In this document: positions 18,433 to 27,694 of the stretch, in pieces | How the letters are laid out: each line of letters starts with the position of its first letter | Position numbering within the stretch: position 1 is the first letter of the stretch | Source of the DNA: Candidatus Iainarchaeum sp. | GTDB lineage: Archaea > Iainarchaeota > Iainarchaeia > Iainarchaeales > CSSED10-239 | Length of the DNA stretch: 32,000 bases | Direction of reading: 5' to 3' | Assembly: GCA_037441475.1 (NCBI GenBank) | Contig: JBBISB010000001.1 | Coordinates: forward strand, 426,418 to 458,417 | Position numbers and translations under genes: made by a program | The notes under the pieces: generated by a model | The model's input: the letters and a program-made list of their open reading frames with translations, nothing else | Databases searched by the model: none | What the model was told of the DNA's origin: nothing

Positions 18433-19497
18433 ATGACAATTGATTTTTCACAAATATTAATTATTATTTTTATATTTCTAATTTTTGGAACACTTATAGT
18501 TGTTGTTAACCTTAGAGCTAAGAAAAAGGAACCAGTCAATAAAGAACAAATGTCCTGGCAAGTAATTGAGACGCTTAACAACAGAAAGAAAGAGCTTTTA
18601 GAACAAAAAAAAGAACTCTCATATAAATATACCGCTAAGAGTGTAGATGAAAACCTTTACTCAAAAACATTAAAGTACATTAATGAGGAACTTACAAAGA
18701 TCGATGGAAAAATAAATGAAGAAGTTTCAAAGCTTACAACCATCCAGAAAAAAGATAACCCTGAAGAAGAATTAAGGTTTAAAAACCTAAAGATAAAGGG
18801 AGATTTAAATGAAGTGTCTGTTGAAAATATCACCTTAAAGGAAAGAATAACTGAACTTGAAGACTTTATTAAAAACATCTCTAAACAAAATGAAGCAAAG
18901 GCCTCTGAAGAAGATATTAACAAAATAAAATATTATGAAATTATTATTAATAAATATAAAGATGTTATTAACGAGAATGAAAGAAAAACAATCTCTCAAC
19001 TAAAAGACATGGTTAGACCTAATGACCTTACTATTAAAAGTGTTGTTTCTAAGTTTACACCAATAGCTTATGACTATAATAAAGATTATACAAACACCTT
19101 AAGAAAAGTTTATAATTATTTAAGAACAGAGATTGATGTTGTTAAAAACGATTTAAAAATAATTTTCTGGATGGACTTTTCCAAGATCATAAGAGATAAG
19201 GTGTGTGATGAACAAACAATATCAGTTATTCTTTGTTCAGCAATGCAGGGTATGCAAGATAGTATGGCAAGCATAGAAGTGGTTCTTCTAGAAGACGATA
19301 AAGTGCATTCTTTTGTAACCACTAAGATTAAAGAAACACACTACATACTTGATATTGTTCAAAATCTTCCTTTTGATACCTATAAGGGGACAGACATAGG
19401 TAAACTTTATGAAGAATACAGGTTTAATGATAGGAAAATAGTTAAAAAAATTTATTCTTACAACCACTTAGATTATACTGATTATAGTAATGAATAA
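18433..19497 (+). CDS. Membrane-anchored coiled-coil protein with a C-terminal transglutaminase-like (Cys-His-Asp) fold candidate
   Basis: The N-terminal TM is ILIIIFIFLIFGTLIVVVNL, followed by about 150 aa of heptad-rich K/E sequence. The C-terminus reads ...RKVYNYLRTEIDVV...RDKVCDEQTISVILCSAMQGM...VHSFVTTKIKETHYILD, with C, H and D spaced as in transglutaminase-like cores. SD-like GAGGG lies 9 nt upstream. Confidence 0.45.
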   Translation: MTIDFSQILIIIFIFLIFGTLIVVVNLRAKKKEPVNKEQMSWQVIETLNNRKKELLEQKKELSYKYTAKSVDENLYSKTLKYINEELTKIDGKINEEVSKLTTIQKKDNPEEELRFKNLKIKGDLNEVSVENITLKERITELEDFIKNISKQNEAKASEEDINKIKYYEIIINKYKDVINENERKTISQLKDMVRPNDLTIKSVVSKFTPIAYDYNKDYTNTLRKVYNYLRTEIDVVKNDLKIIFWMDFSKIIRDKVCDEQTISVILCSAMQGMQDSMASIEVVLLEDDKVHSFVTTKIKETHYILDIVQNLPFDTYKGTDIGKLYEEYRFNDRKIVKKIYSYNHLDYTDYSNE

Positions 19498-19515
19498 TTT
19501 TTAATTTAAGATTTT

Positions 19516-20562
19516 ATGAAAAATATACAAATTACAAGTACAGTAGTTTATTACCTTGCAAGAAAACTTAAAGAAGAATTTAATTTAGGGTACATAAACA
19601 ACGTGCAAACTATTGATAAGAATATCTGGAAAATAAAGATACATTCCAAAAAAACAAAAGAACTAATTGTAACTCCAGATGTTTGTTTTGTTCCAGAACA
19701 CGCCTTCCCTGTTTCTGAAATATTAGGTTTTGAAAAATACCTTAAAAAAACTCTTTATAACCAAAGAGTACATGATGTGTATCAAGATAAAAATAATAAA
19801 GTAATTTGTTTTAAACTTGATAAATATAATTTAATATTTGAATTTTTTTCTAGATCTAATGTTATTTTAACTGATGTTGATTTTAAGATAATTACCTCAA
19901 GACAAAAAGAAGAATGGAAAGATAGAACAATTAAGAAAGGAGAGCAGTATCTTTTTCCATCTGGAGAAGATCTTAAAGAAAAAACAAAAGAAGAAATTAT
20001 TCTTGAGACAAAGGAGATGAGCGAACCTGAAAAAATAAAGTATTTTGCAAAAGTATATAACATCGCTCCTGTTGAAGTAAATGAAATTATTAATAACAAA
20101 AAAGAAATGATTTCAAGCATCCTTGAAAATTATAAATTAACCTCTCCTGGGCTTAAGCTTATTGAGAAAGAAGGAAAAGAAACATACATTATTAAAGAGA
20201 ACGGAGAAGATATTTTTAAAACATTAGAAAAAGATTTTAAAATTAACTTTGAAGAAAAAGAAGAAGTTATTGAAACTAAAAAAAAATCAAAGGTAATGGA
20301 AGTTTTAGAATCGCAAGAAAATAAAAAAAAAAAATTTGAAGAAAGAATTGAAAAACTTGAAAAAGAAGGAGAGTTTATTTATTCAAACTTTACACTAATA
20401 GGCCTTATTAATCAACAAATTGCTAAAGCTGTTGAAAAGAAGGTTTCTGAAAAAGAAATAATTATTAAACTTAACAACTATTTTTTAGAAAAGAAAATTA
20501 AACTAAAGATAAATAATATAAATCAAAAAACAAAAACTTACCAAATAGAAGAAATAAAATAA
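19516..20562 (+). CDS. NFACT-N domain protein (Rqc2/RqcH/FbpA-type N-terminus) with a K/E-rich coiled coil; no NFACT-R/DUF814 recognised
   Basis: The N-terminal 150 aa follow the NFACT-N pattern: VVYYLARKLKEEFNLGYINNVQTIDKNIWKIKIHSKK..LIVTPD...FEKYLKKTLYNQRVHDVYQDKNNKVICFKLDKYNLIFEFFSRSNVILTD...RTIKKGEQYLFP. The rest is low-complexity coiled coil. Only 48 bp separate it from the convergent neighbouring gene. Confidence 0.62.
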   Translation: MKNIQITSTVVYYLARKLKEEFNLGYINNVQTIDKNIWKIKIHSKKTKELIVTPDVCFVPEHAFPVSEILGFEKYLKKTLYNQRVHDVYQDKNNKVICFKLDKYNLIFEFFSRSNVILTDVDFKIITSRQKEEWKDRTIKKGEQYLFPSGEDLKEKTKEEIILETKEMSEPEKIKYFAKVYNIAPVEVNEIINNKKEMISSILENYKLTSPGLKLIEKEGKETYIIKENGEDIFKTLEKDFKINFEEKEEVIETKKKSKVMEVLESQENKKKKFEERIEKLEKEGEFIYSNFTLIGLINQQIAKAVEKKVSEKEIIIKLNNYFLEKKIKLKINNINQKTKTYQIEEIK

Positions 20563-20610
20563 TTTTTTGTTTATGTCCTAAAAAAATAGAGAAAAAGAAT
20601 AAAGAAAAAT

Positions 20611-20871
20611 TTATTCTTTCTTTACTTGACTTTCATCTATAATAAAAACATCACTTACAGCAAGAACACTTCTATAAGGTATCTCAAGCATGTTTCCTTG
20701 TAAAGTTAGTTTTTGTATGAAAACAGATGATGGATCTACTTCTACTAATATTGATTCTATTTCACCAGAGTGTTCATTAACCATTAAATCAATTAAACGT
20801 CCGATATTATCTCCTCTATTAGTAATTAATTTTTTTGTTGCAAGTTGTCTTGCTATTGCGTATTTGTACAT
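20611..20871 (-). CDS. PRC-barrel domain protein
   Basis: 86 aa. KKLITNRGDNIGRLIDLMVNEHSGEIESILVEV matches the PRC-barrel pattern (G..iG.v.Dl.id..tG.i..lvv). Confidence 0.68.
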   Translation of the reverse strand: MYKYAIARQLATKKLITNRGDNIGRLIDLMVNEHSGEIESILVEVDPSSVFIQKLTLQGNMLEIPYRSVLAVSDVFIIDESQVKKE

Positions 20872-21082
20872 GTCTGATTCCTCACTTTAATTTTAAATAT
20901 AAAAATTGTATTAATATGTTACTAAATATATTTATAAATGCATCGGTTTAATAAAACTAATAAATAATTCAAAGGAGTTGACATTACAAACCGACTTTGA
21001 AAAGAAAAATCCCCAAACTTATTTAAAATAATAGTATAGATATATAGATAAGGTTTAAAAAAACATATAAAATGGAAATAAT

Positions 21083-21307
21083 ATGGAAGAAGGTATTTTT
21101 AATAAAACAACAGCAATAATCATTATTGTAAGCTTAATTGCAGGAATAATCATAGGGTATTTTATGTTCTCTAAGGGCGAGATTAACTTTTCAAAGAAAA
21201 AAGCAACCACTAAGGAGATAGATATTTTAAATAAAGAAATAAACAACTGTATAGATGCACTTAATGCTTGTGAAAAACAAACAGAAAAACCAGTTGCCTT
21301 AGATTAA
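21083..21307 (+). CDS. Small single-pass membrane protein (hypothetical)
   Basis: 74 aa with a TM (TTAIIIIVSLIAGIIIGYFMF) and a short helical tail with 2 Cys. Its last 9 nt overlap the convergent DUF373 gene. The antisense ORF 21055..21246 is the alternative reading. Support is weak. Confidence 0.3.
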   Translation: MEEGIFNKTTAIIIIVSLIAGIIIGYFMFSKGEINFSKKKATTKEIDILNKEINNCIDALNACEKQTEKPVALD

Positions 21308-22591
21308 TATCATTCCATCTTCTAAAACAAAGTTCTTTTCAGAGATTGTTTTAACAACATCTGTGTTTTTTTCTTTATACCTAATTATGTTTCTTTTCTC
21401 ATCTATGCTTAAAACCTCGCCTATGAAAAGACCATACTTAGAATAGACTGGAAGCCCTATTAAAAGAGTAGTTATTTTTGTATTAACATCAAACATTACA
21501 GTAAACCTATTAACTAAGACCAAAAGAATTGCACCAAAGACAACAACTATTAAAAAGAAATTAACATTTATTTCTTGAATAATAAACTGAAGAGCAAAAT
21601 CTAAGATGATTGTAAATATAAGTATAAAAAATAAAGCAAATATGTTTTTACCAAGATTATACATCTTCTTTAGGTAGAAAAGATCTATGATAGAGCCTAT
21701 GGTTAATAAAACAAAGGCAATTACAAGTTGAAGTAAAACCGCTCTTATTGAAGAAACAATTACAAACAACAAATCAAAATACTGGTTTTGATAGTATATG
21801 GTAATACCCTTTATAATTGCAAAGATAATAAAAAATAAAAAACCAAGATAGAATAAAAGACTTATTCTGTATATTGAAAATTTATTAGAAAGATTTTTCC
21901 AAAAAGAAACCATTTTTTTATCTAAACTAAAACCTTTTATTAAAAAGTACACACCAAGTAAAAACGCAACTAACTGAACAGCATACTCTCTTAAAAAAAC
22001 AAATAACAATAACATTATAGCAGGAACACCATAAACTACTCTTGCAAAGAAAGGATCCTTTAAAGCCCTTTTAATAGTGTAAAAAGTACTTTCTAAACCT
22101 TTTGATTGTCTTACAATAATTGTTTCTTTAGATATTATTGGAACAAAGTTTTGTATTAAAGGAATAACTTGATCATCCTCTGCACCATCACTTACAAAAA
22201 CAGCAGCGGTTGCATGGAAAACAGATAAAACTTGCTTTAACTGTATTGCAATATTTTTATCTGAGAATAATAAATTTTCTTTAGAGTGTCCTGTTAAAGT
22301 AACAATTTCTACTTCTGTATCTTTTTCTAATTTTTTATAGACCTTTATTCCACCAAAAATACAGTTTGCATCAGAGTCTTCTGGATCTGCAATTGCAAAA
22401 TTAGTTGCAACTTTTAAATTGTTTTTAAGACCTATGATTGGACCAGTCACATTTATTTTTTGACCAATATCATTATCCCTATCAACACAGATAACCAATA
22501 TTTTTTCATGATCAGAATTATCTTCACTTATTTTTTCTAAGTTACTTATTGGTTTAAACTCTTCTGATTCTGTTTTTTTTGTTCTTGGCAT
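21299..22591 (-). CDS. DUF373-family archaeal integral membrane protein
   Basis: The cytoplasmic N-domain carries ILVICVDRDNDIGQKINVTGPIIG...AIADPEDSDANCIFG, the DUF373/PF04123 pattern. About 7 TM helices follow, then a short C-terminal beta-rich tail. Confidence 0.62.
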   Translation of the reverse strand: MPRTKKTESEEFKPISNLEKISEDNSDHEKILVICVDRDNDIGQKINVTGPIIGLKNNLKVATNFAIADPEDSDANCIFGGIKVYKKLEKDTEVEIVTLTGHSKENLLFSDKNIAIQLKQVLSVFHATAAVFVSDGAEDDQVIPLIQNFVPIISKETIIVRQSKGLESTFYTIKRALKDPFFARVVYGVPAIMLLLFVFLREYAVQLVAFLLGVYFLIKGFSLDKKMVSFWKNLSNKFSIYRISLLFYLGFLFFIIFAIIKGITIYYQNQYFDLLFVIVSSIRAVLLQLVIAFVLLTIGSIIDLFYLKKMYNLGKNIFALFFILIFTIILDFALQFIIQEINVNFFLIVVVFGAILLVLVNRFTVMFDVNTKITTLLIGLPVYSKYGLFIGEVLSIDEKRNIIRYKEKNTDVVKTISEKNFVLEDGMILI

Positions 22592-22677
22592 AGCTAGTCA
22601 AAAATATATAATATAGAAAAATATATAAAACAATTGTAATTTAAGTTATTTACTAATATACTATAAAAAATGATTAC

Positions 22678-23646
22678 ATGGATGAATCTAAATTTAAAAA
22701 CTTTATATTTACAATTTTAACTTTACTAGTCTTAGCAATAATTGTTGGACTTTTTTATGTAGGCCAAAAGCTTCAAACTAGTCTTTTGTGGGTACTTGCA
22801 ATTTTTGTTTTCATATACTTAATATTTAGATTAAAAATAATACTTACACTTAAAGATTATGAAAGAGCTGTTGTTTATAGGTTTGGAAAAGTTAGAAGAG
22901 TGGGCGGGCCTGGTTGGACCTTTGTTTGGCCTTTAATAGAGAAACCAAATATAGTTACCTTAAGAGTAGAAACTATTGACGTACCACCTCAAAATGTGTT
23001 AACAAAAGATAATATTCAGTTAAGGGTAGACGGAGTATTATTTATTTCAGTTAGAAATGAAAAAGAAAGTATAATTAACTCTGTTGTAAAAGTAGACGAT
23101 TATAGAAAAGCATCTACAATGTATGTTATTGCTATGCTTAGAGATATGATAGGTGAATTTGAAATTACAGAAGTTATTACAAATATTGAAGAAATAAACA
23201 CTAGACTTAAGAAAGCTTTAGAAAATGTATCTAAGGAATGGGGTGTAAAGGTTACCTCTGTTGAACTTACAGATATTAAAATACCAGATGATATCTTAAT
23301 GGCTATGCATGAACAAAAAGCGGCTGTTCAAAAGAAGCTTGCTGTTTATGAGCTTGCTGAGTCTGAGAAGGCAAAGATCTTAGCAGTTAAAGATGCAACA
23401 GATCAATTATCAGATAAAACAGTTATTTATTATTACTTAAAGGCTTTAGAAAAAATGGCAGAAGGTCAATCTTCAAAAATTATCTTTCCAATGGAACTAA
23501 CTTCTCTTTTAGATAAGGTAACAACATCTATCGGAGGGGCAAAGGACCTTAAGAAAGTTGCAAGTAAATTTGATGAGGATGACTTAAAGAGTTATTTGCC
23601 GTTTATTAAAGCTTATTTAAAAGATAATGTAAAAAAGAAAAAATGA
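22678..23646 (+). CDS. SPFH/band-7 (stomatin/prohibitin-like) membrane protein
   Basis: It has N-terminal TM helices followed by YERAVVYRFGKVRRVGGPGWTFVWPLIEK...TKDNIQLRVDGVLF...VTSVELTDIKIPDDILMAMHEQKAA, the canonical SPFH core and coiled-coil tail. Confidence 0.9.
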   Translation: MDESKFKNFIFTILTLLVLAIIVGLFYVGQKLQTSLLWVLAIFVFIYLIFRLKIILTLKDYERAVVYRFGKVRRVGGPGWTFVWPLIEKPNIVTLRVETIDVPPQNVLTKDNIQLRVDGVLFISVRNEKESIINSVVKVDDYRKASTMYVIAMLRDMIGEFEITEVITNIEEINTRLKKALENVSKEWGVKVTSVELTDIKIPDDILMAMHEQKAAVQKKLAVYELAESEKAKILAVKDATDQLSDKTVIYYYLKALEKMAEGQSSKIIFPMELTSLLDKVTTSIGGAKDLKKVASKFDEDDLKSYLPFIKAYLKDNVKKKK

Positions 23647-23657
23647 GATTTTAACAA

Positions 23658-23942
23658 ATGAAAACAACAAACGACAATAAAAGAAAAATTATTTTATACG
23701 GTTTATTTGGTTTGTTAATAGGGGGTGTTCTTGGTATCTTAATTGCAACAAACTTTAATGTGTCAGGAAATGCAACAAAAGTAACTATGGCTCAAACAGA
23801 TCAAGTGTATACTACAAATGCAAGCAATTGTCCTTGTACAGGCCCAAACACAAAATACTGTACAGGTAATGTTCTTTGCTGTTGTGGAGGATACCCTGGT
23901 TGTTGCGCTAGAAATGGCGAAAAAGTAGTTGCTAACAAATAA
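23658..23942 (+). CDS. Small membrane-anchored Cys-rich protein (hypothetical)
   Basis: 94 aa with a basic N-region (KRK), a TM (IILYGLFGLLIGGVLGILIA) and three N-x-S/T sequons. The tail NCPCTGPNTKYCTGNVLCCCGGYPGCCARNG has 8 Cys in 27 residues. It starts 11 nt after the SPFH gene stop. Confidence 0.6.
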   Translation: MKTTNDNKRKIILYGLFGLLIGGVLGILIATNFNVSGNATKVTMAQTDQVYTTNASNCPCTGPNTKYCTGNVLCCCGGYPGCCARNGEKVVANK

Positions 23943-23949
23943 ATTACTT

Positions 23950-24549
23950 TTAAGAAAACCTTTCCAAAAATGACTTTGAAAACTTTTCTAGTCTTTCAAA
24001 GTTAATTTCTATTTTTTTATTTGCTCTATCAACAATGAATCTTAAGTAATCATCAGTCACCAACTGCTTGTTATCTTGCTTTATTGGAAGGGCCATGTAC
24101 TGTGTGCTTGTTACCTCTAAGATATACTTGCCATCGTTAGCTGTTATTATACCTGCTTTCTTAAGCCCAAACTCCTTAGAAAATGAAAGAAGCTCTTTTG
24201 CTTTTTCATAGTTTTTACACCCAAAATGAAAGATAAAAGGTTCCATCTTAAACCAAAGCTCAGACTCATTAAAATCACCAATATCTTTCTTAATCTCTTC
24301 AAAACTAACTTTTCTATGATATTTTTTATGAAAAGAAGAAACCTTCTTGTTTTCATACTCATCTGTAGATAAAAGCATTACTCTTCCTGCACATGAAGAA
24401 GAGGTAAAGACGTCTGGTATCTTTGTAACCTCTAAAAGAAAGGGAATTAATATCTCATCTACCTTATTAGTTTCAATAGCTTCTTTTAAAGTATCTGTAT
24501 GGTGTTTTTTTATCATTTCATATTTTTGGTCAACTGAATTTTGGTGCAT
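23950..24549 (-). CDS. taw3: tRNA wyosine-derivative methyltransferase Taw3 (TYW3 family)
   Basis: 199 aa. The TYW3 signature FTSSSCAGRVMLL (consensus SSCSGRI) is present, and size and layout fit archaeal Taw3. SD-like GAGGA lies upstream. Confidence 0.8.
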   Translation of the reverse strand: MHQNSVDQKYEMIKKHHTDTLKEAIETNKVDEILIPFLLEVTKIPDVFTSSSCAGRVMLLSTDEYENKKVSSFHKKYHRKVSFEEIKKDIGDFNESELWFKMEPFIFHFGCKNYEKAKELLSFSKEFGLKKAGIITANDGKYILEVTSTQYMALPIKQDNKQLVTDDYLRFIVDRANKKIEINFERLEKFSKSFLERFS

Positions 24550-24650
24550 AGTAAATCTTCCTCTTTTTTAAAAATAAATAACATTTTTATATCTGTCTAG
24601 ATATTATATATATAGATAAAATTAAATAAAAAGGTAATGTTGATAGACTT

Positions 24651-25466
24651 ATGATGAAAAAATATTTTTTACTTACAATAATTTTTATTCTGCTTATAAA
24701 CACAAATGTTTATTCCTTAAAATTATTAGAACCAATTACAAAGGATTTAACTTACACAAATAACGCAGATTTAGGATATTTTTCTGCAGATGAGTTTTTC
24801 ATGGTAAGCTTTCTTCTTGAAGGAAATGAAAACTATTCATTAATATCTGTTGACCCTTCACAAGCAAGAGATGTCATCATAGAACAAACAAGAAAAACAC
24901 AAGAAAGTATTTTTGCAATCATTAAGCTTGACGAAAGATTAAGTGGAGAGTATAGTTTAAAGCTTTTATTAATTTCAGAAAAAGACACAAAAGAAGTTAT
25001 ACTTAAAATGTTTATCACAGACGAAGTTATTCATACAACCTTAATAAACTACAACCCATTAGTTAAGTATGAAAAGAAAGAAACAATTAATCTTAATATT
25101 TTAAATAAATCAAATACCACAAAGAAAGTAAGAATAACCTCTGACTTACCAGTAACATGGTTTTCATATAAAAAAGAAAGATCGCCTAAGGAAAAAGAAA
25201 TAATCTTACAACCAAACAGTACAACAGAACAAACTTATGCATATTATCCAAAAGAGATTGGACAAAGAGAAGTAAACCTAGAAATCAAATCAATAATTGA
25301 GACTCAAGGAAACATTAAGGTCCAAGAAAATATTGATTACTATTTAACTATTGAAACAAAAAAAGACTTAGCATCAATACATGGATCTAAAGAACACACT
25401 TATCCTTTGTTTAATGCAAGCCTTATACCTATTTATTTTTTCAACAAAATAATAAAGATAATCTAG
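24651..25466 (+). CDS. Exported beta-rich surface protein with a C-terminal hydrophobic tail (hypothetical)
   Basis: The signal peptide is MMKKYFLLTIIFILLINTNVYS. Two beta-sandwich-like segments follow (the NLNILNKSNTTKKVRITSDLP region resembles CARDB/COG1361 repeats). The C-terminal hydrophobic end is LIPIYFFNKIIKII. Confidence 0.55.
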   Translation: MMKKYFLLTIIFILLINTNVYSLKLLEPITKDLTYTNNADLGYFSADEFFMVSFLLEGNENYSLISVDPSQARDVIIEQTRKTQESIFAIIKLDERLSGEYSLKLLLISEKDTKEVILKMFITDEVIHTTLINYNPLVKYEKKETINLNILNKSNTTKKVRITSDLPVTWFSYKKERSPKEKEIILQPNSTTEQTYAYYPKEIGQREVNLEIKSIIETQGNIKVQENIDYYLTIETKKDLASIHGSKEHTYPLFNASLIPIYFFNKIIKII

Positions 25467-25472
25467 TAATAC

Positions 25473-27002
25473 ATGGAAAAGAAAAAACTTTTAGAATTAA
25501 AAAAATTCTTTAAAGACATAGATGTCAATAACATCAAGTACAGGGAACTGCAAGGCTTAAAAGCAAAGTTTGCTAAAGAATATAATTTACCAAAACTCCC
25601 ATTAACCTCAGATATTCTTAGTGCCTTAAATATAGAAAACCCTACACCTACATTCATAACTAAACCCTCTAGAACGCTCTCAGGGGTAACTATTTTATCT
25701 GTAATGACAAGACCACATGTATGTCCAGGAAACTGTATCTTTTGCCCTAGCTTTAAAGATACTCCTAAAAGCTACACTGGTTTTGAACCTGCAAGTATGA
25801 GAGGGAAGTTAAATAATTTTGATCCTTCAAAACAGATTAAAGATAGATTAAAGCAACTTGAAGCCATGGGCCACCCTACAAACAAGCTTGAAATAATTGT
25901 TATGGGCGGAACCTTTCCTTCAACTGATGTTAAATATCAAAATCAATTTATGGTTAAAACCTTTCAAGCAATCACAAACTCAAAAAGCACAGATATTAAT
26001 AACCTTAAAAAACAACTAATGAAATCAAAGAGAAGAGTTGTTGGAATAACTTTTGAAACTAGACCAGACTATTGTGATGAAAAAATAATTAGAAGACTTC
26101 TTGACTTTGGGGGTACCAGGGTTGAGATTGGGGTTCAAACAATATATGATGAAGTACATATTTTTGTTAAAAGAGGACATGGTATTAAAGAGGTTATTGA
26201 AGCTACTAGAAAATTAAAAGATTCTGGATTTAAGGTACTATATCACATGATGATAGCCTTACCAAAAAGCACTATTAAAAAAGATTTAGAGGCCTTTAAA
26301 GAGATCTTTACAAACCCAGACTATTGTCCAGATATGATAAAGATATACCCTTGTCTTGTTACAGAGAACACAGTTTTAGAAAAAATGTACTATAAGCAAG
26401 AGTACATCCCATACACAGAAAAAGAAATTATAAATTTAATAGCAGATGTTAAAGAAATTGTCCCTAAATGGGTAAGGATAATGAGGGTGCAAAGAGATAT
26501 ACCTGCAACAAAGATACTTGCTGGAATTACAAAAAGCAATCTTAGGGAAATGGTTTTTAAGGAAATGGAAAAAAGAGGCACAAGATGCCAGTGTATAAGA
26601 TGCTCTGAACCTAAGGGAAGACTTGAAAACATTAAAAACTATAAACTTAAAAAAATTAAGTATAAGGCATCTAAAGGAACAGAATACTTCATATATGCTG
26701 AAAAAGACGATTACCTTTTAGGTTTTGTAAGATTAAGAATACCTCACGATCCTTTTGTTAAAGAGATTACTAAGAAAACAGGGATTATTAGAGAACTTCA
26801 TGTGTATGGCCAAGCAACAGAGTTTAAGGAAAAGAACATACAGCATAGAGGAATAGGTAAAAAACTCCTAAAGATGGCAGAAGAGATTGCACTTAAAGAA
26901 AACATGAAGAAGATGGCTGTTATTAGTGGTATTGGGGTTAGAGAGTATTATAAAAAACAAGGGTATAAGCTTGAAGGCGCATACATGGTAAAAGGGATTT
27001 AA
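25473..27002 (+). CDS. elp3: Elp3-family radical SAM/GNAT tRNA uridine(34) modification enzyme
   Basis: 509 aa. The radical-SAM cluster region is HVCPGNCIFCPS, with conserved blocks TFETRPDYC and RVEIGVQTIYDEV. The C-terminal GNAT domain carries IRELHVYGQ...QHRGIGKKLLKMAEEIA. Confidence 0.93.
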   Translation: MEKKKLLELKKFFKDIDVNNIKYRELQGLKAKFAKEYNLPKLPLTSDILSALNIENPTPTFITKPSRTLSGVTILSVMTRPHVCPGNCIFCPSFKDTPKSYTGFEPASMRGKLNNFDPSKQIKDRLKQLEAMGHPTNKLEIIVMGGTFPSTDVKYQNQFMVKTFQAITNSKSTDINNLKKQLMKSKRRVVGITFETRPDYCDEKIIRRLLDFGGTRVEIGVQTIYDEVHIFVKRGHGIKEVIEATRKLKDSGFKVLYHMMIALPKSTIKKDLEAFKEIFTNPDYCPDMIKIYPCLVTENTVLEKMYYKQEYIPYTEKEIINLIADVKEIVPKWVRIMRVQRDIPATKILAGITKSNLREMVFKEMEKRGTRCQCIRCSEPKGRLENIKNYKLKKIKYKASKGTEYFIYAEKDDYLLGFVRLRIPHDPFVKEITKKTGIIRELHVYGQATEFKEKNIQHRGIGKKLLKMAEEIALKENMKKMAVISGIGVREYYKKQGYKLEGAYMVKGI

Positions 27003-27003
27003 A

Positions 27004-27321
27004 ATGCAAGAAAAAGAAAGACTTATTGAGATGATAGAGAAGGAACCTGAACTTCTTAAAATACTAGAATCCAAGGAACACATAGCAGTTTTAATGGAAA
27101 TAGCTAAAAAACCACCTAAAATCGAAAACCTCAAAGTAAATATATCTTTTAAAAATGTATCTATTCTATATAATATATTTGATACTCTAATCCAGAACAA
27201 ATTAATTAAGAAAATAGAAGTTTCAAAAGAGCAAGTTTATTATCTTACTGAAAAAGGAGAAGAGTTTGTAAACGTATACAAAATATCAAAAGACAGGTTT
27301 GATCTAAACGGTGGTGAATAA
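27004..27321 (+). CDS. Small winged-helix (ArsR/MarR-like) DNA-binding protein candidate
   Basis: 105 aa. ILESKEHIAVLMEIAKKPPKIENLKVNISFKNVSILYNIFDTLIQNKLIKKIEVSKEQVYYLTEKGEEF has a helix-turn-helix plus wing layout. The ATG is 1 nt after the elp3 stop, and the stop abuts the next ATG (TAAATG). Confidence 0.45.
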   Translation: MQEKERLIEMIEKEPELLKILESKEHIAVLMEIAKKPPKIENLKVNISFKNVSILYNIFDTLIQNKLIKKIEVSKEQVYYLTEKGEEFVNVYKISKDRFDLNGGE

Positions 27322-27672
27322 ATGAAGACATTTTTAGGAATATTAAGTACAGGGAAAGGAACTTGGGGACAAGTAGCACACATTATAGATAACACTGATT
27401 ATGACAAAGTTTATCTAATATCAAATGAATGGGCACAAGATAAGTTTACTTGCTCTAAAAAAGTTAATTGGATAATAATTGATCCAAGAAAAGGTTTTTC
27501 AGAAATTGTTGACGATATTGAAAAACAAATGGCAAAAGATTTAGCAGATATTGAACTTAACTTACACTCTGGAAGTGGAAAAGAACATAGTGCTATATTA
27601 TCTATACTTTTAAAATCAAAAATAAAATTTAAGATAGTAACAATTAATGCAGAAGGTATTGTAAGATACTAG
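27322..27672 (+). CDS. Small Rossmann-like protein with a CARF/Csa3-N-like pattern (hypothetical)
   Basis: 116 aa. The beta-alpha-beta layout is FLGILSTGKGTWG..KVYLISN..WIIIDPRKGFSEIVDDIEKQM..IELNLHSGSGKEHSAILSILL..FKIVTINAEG. This resembles Csa3 N-domain blocks (FVTMGF.., ..isDLTmGmRm...). Recognised by pattern only. Confidence 0.35.
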   Translation: MKTFLGILSTGKGTWGQVAHIIDNTDYDKVYLISNEWAQDKFTCSKKVNWIIIDPRKGFSEIVDDIEKQMAKDLADIELNLHSGSGKEHSAILSILLKSKIKFKIVTINAEGIVRY

Positions 27673-27694
27673 ATTGTATTGGAGACATAAGTAT

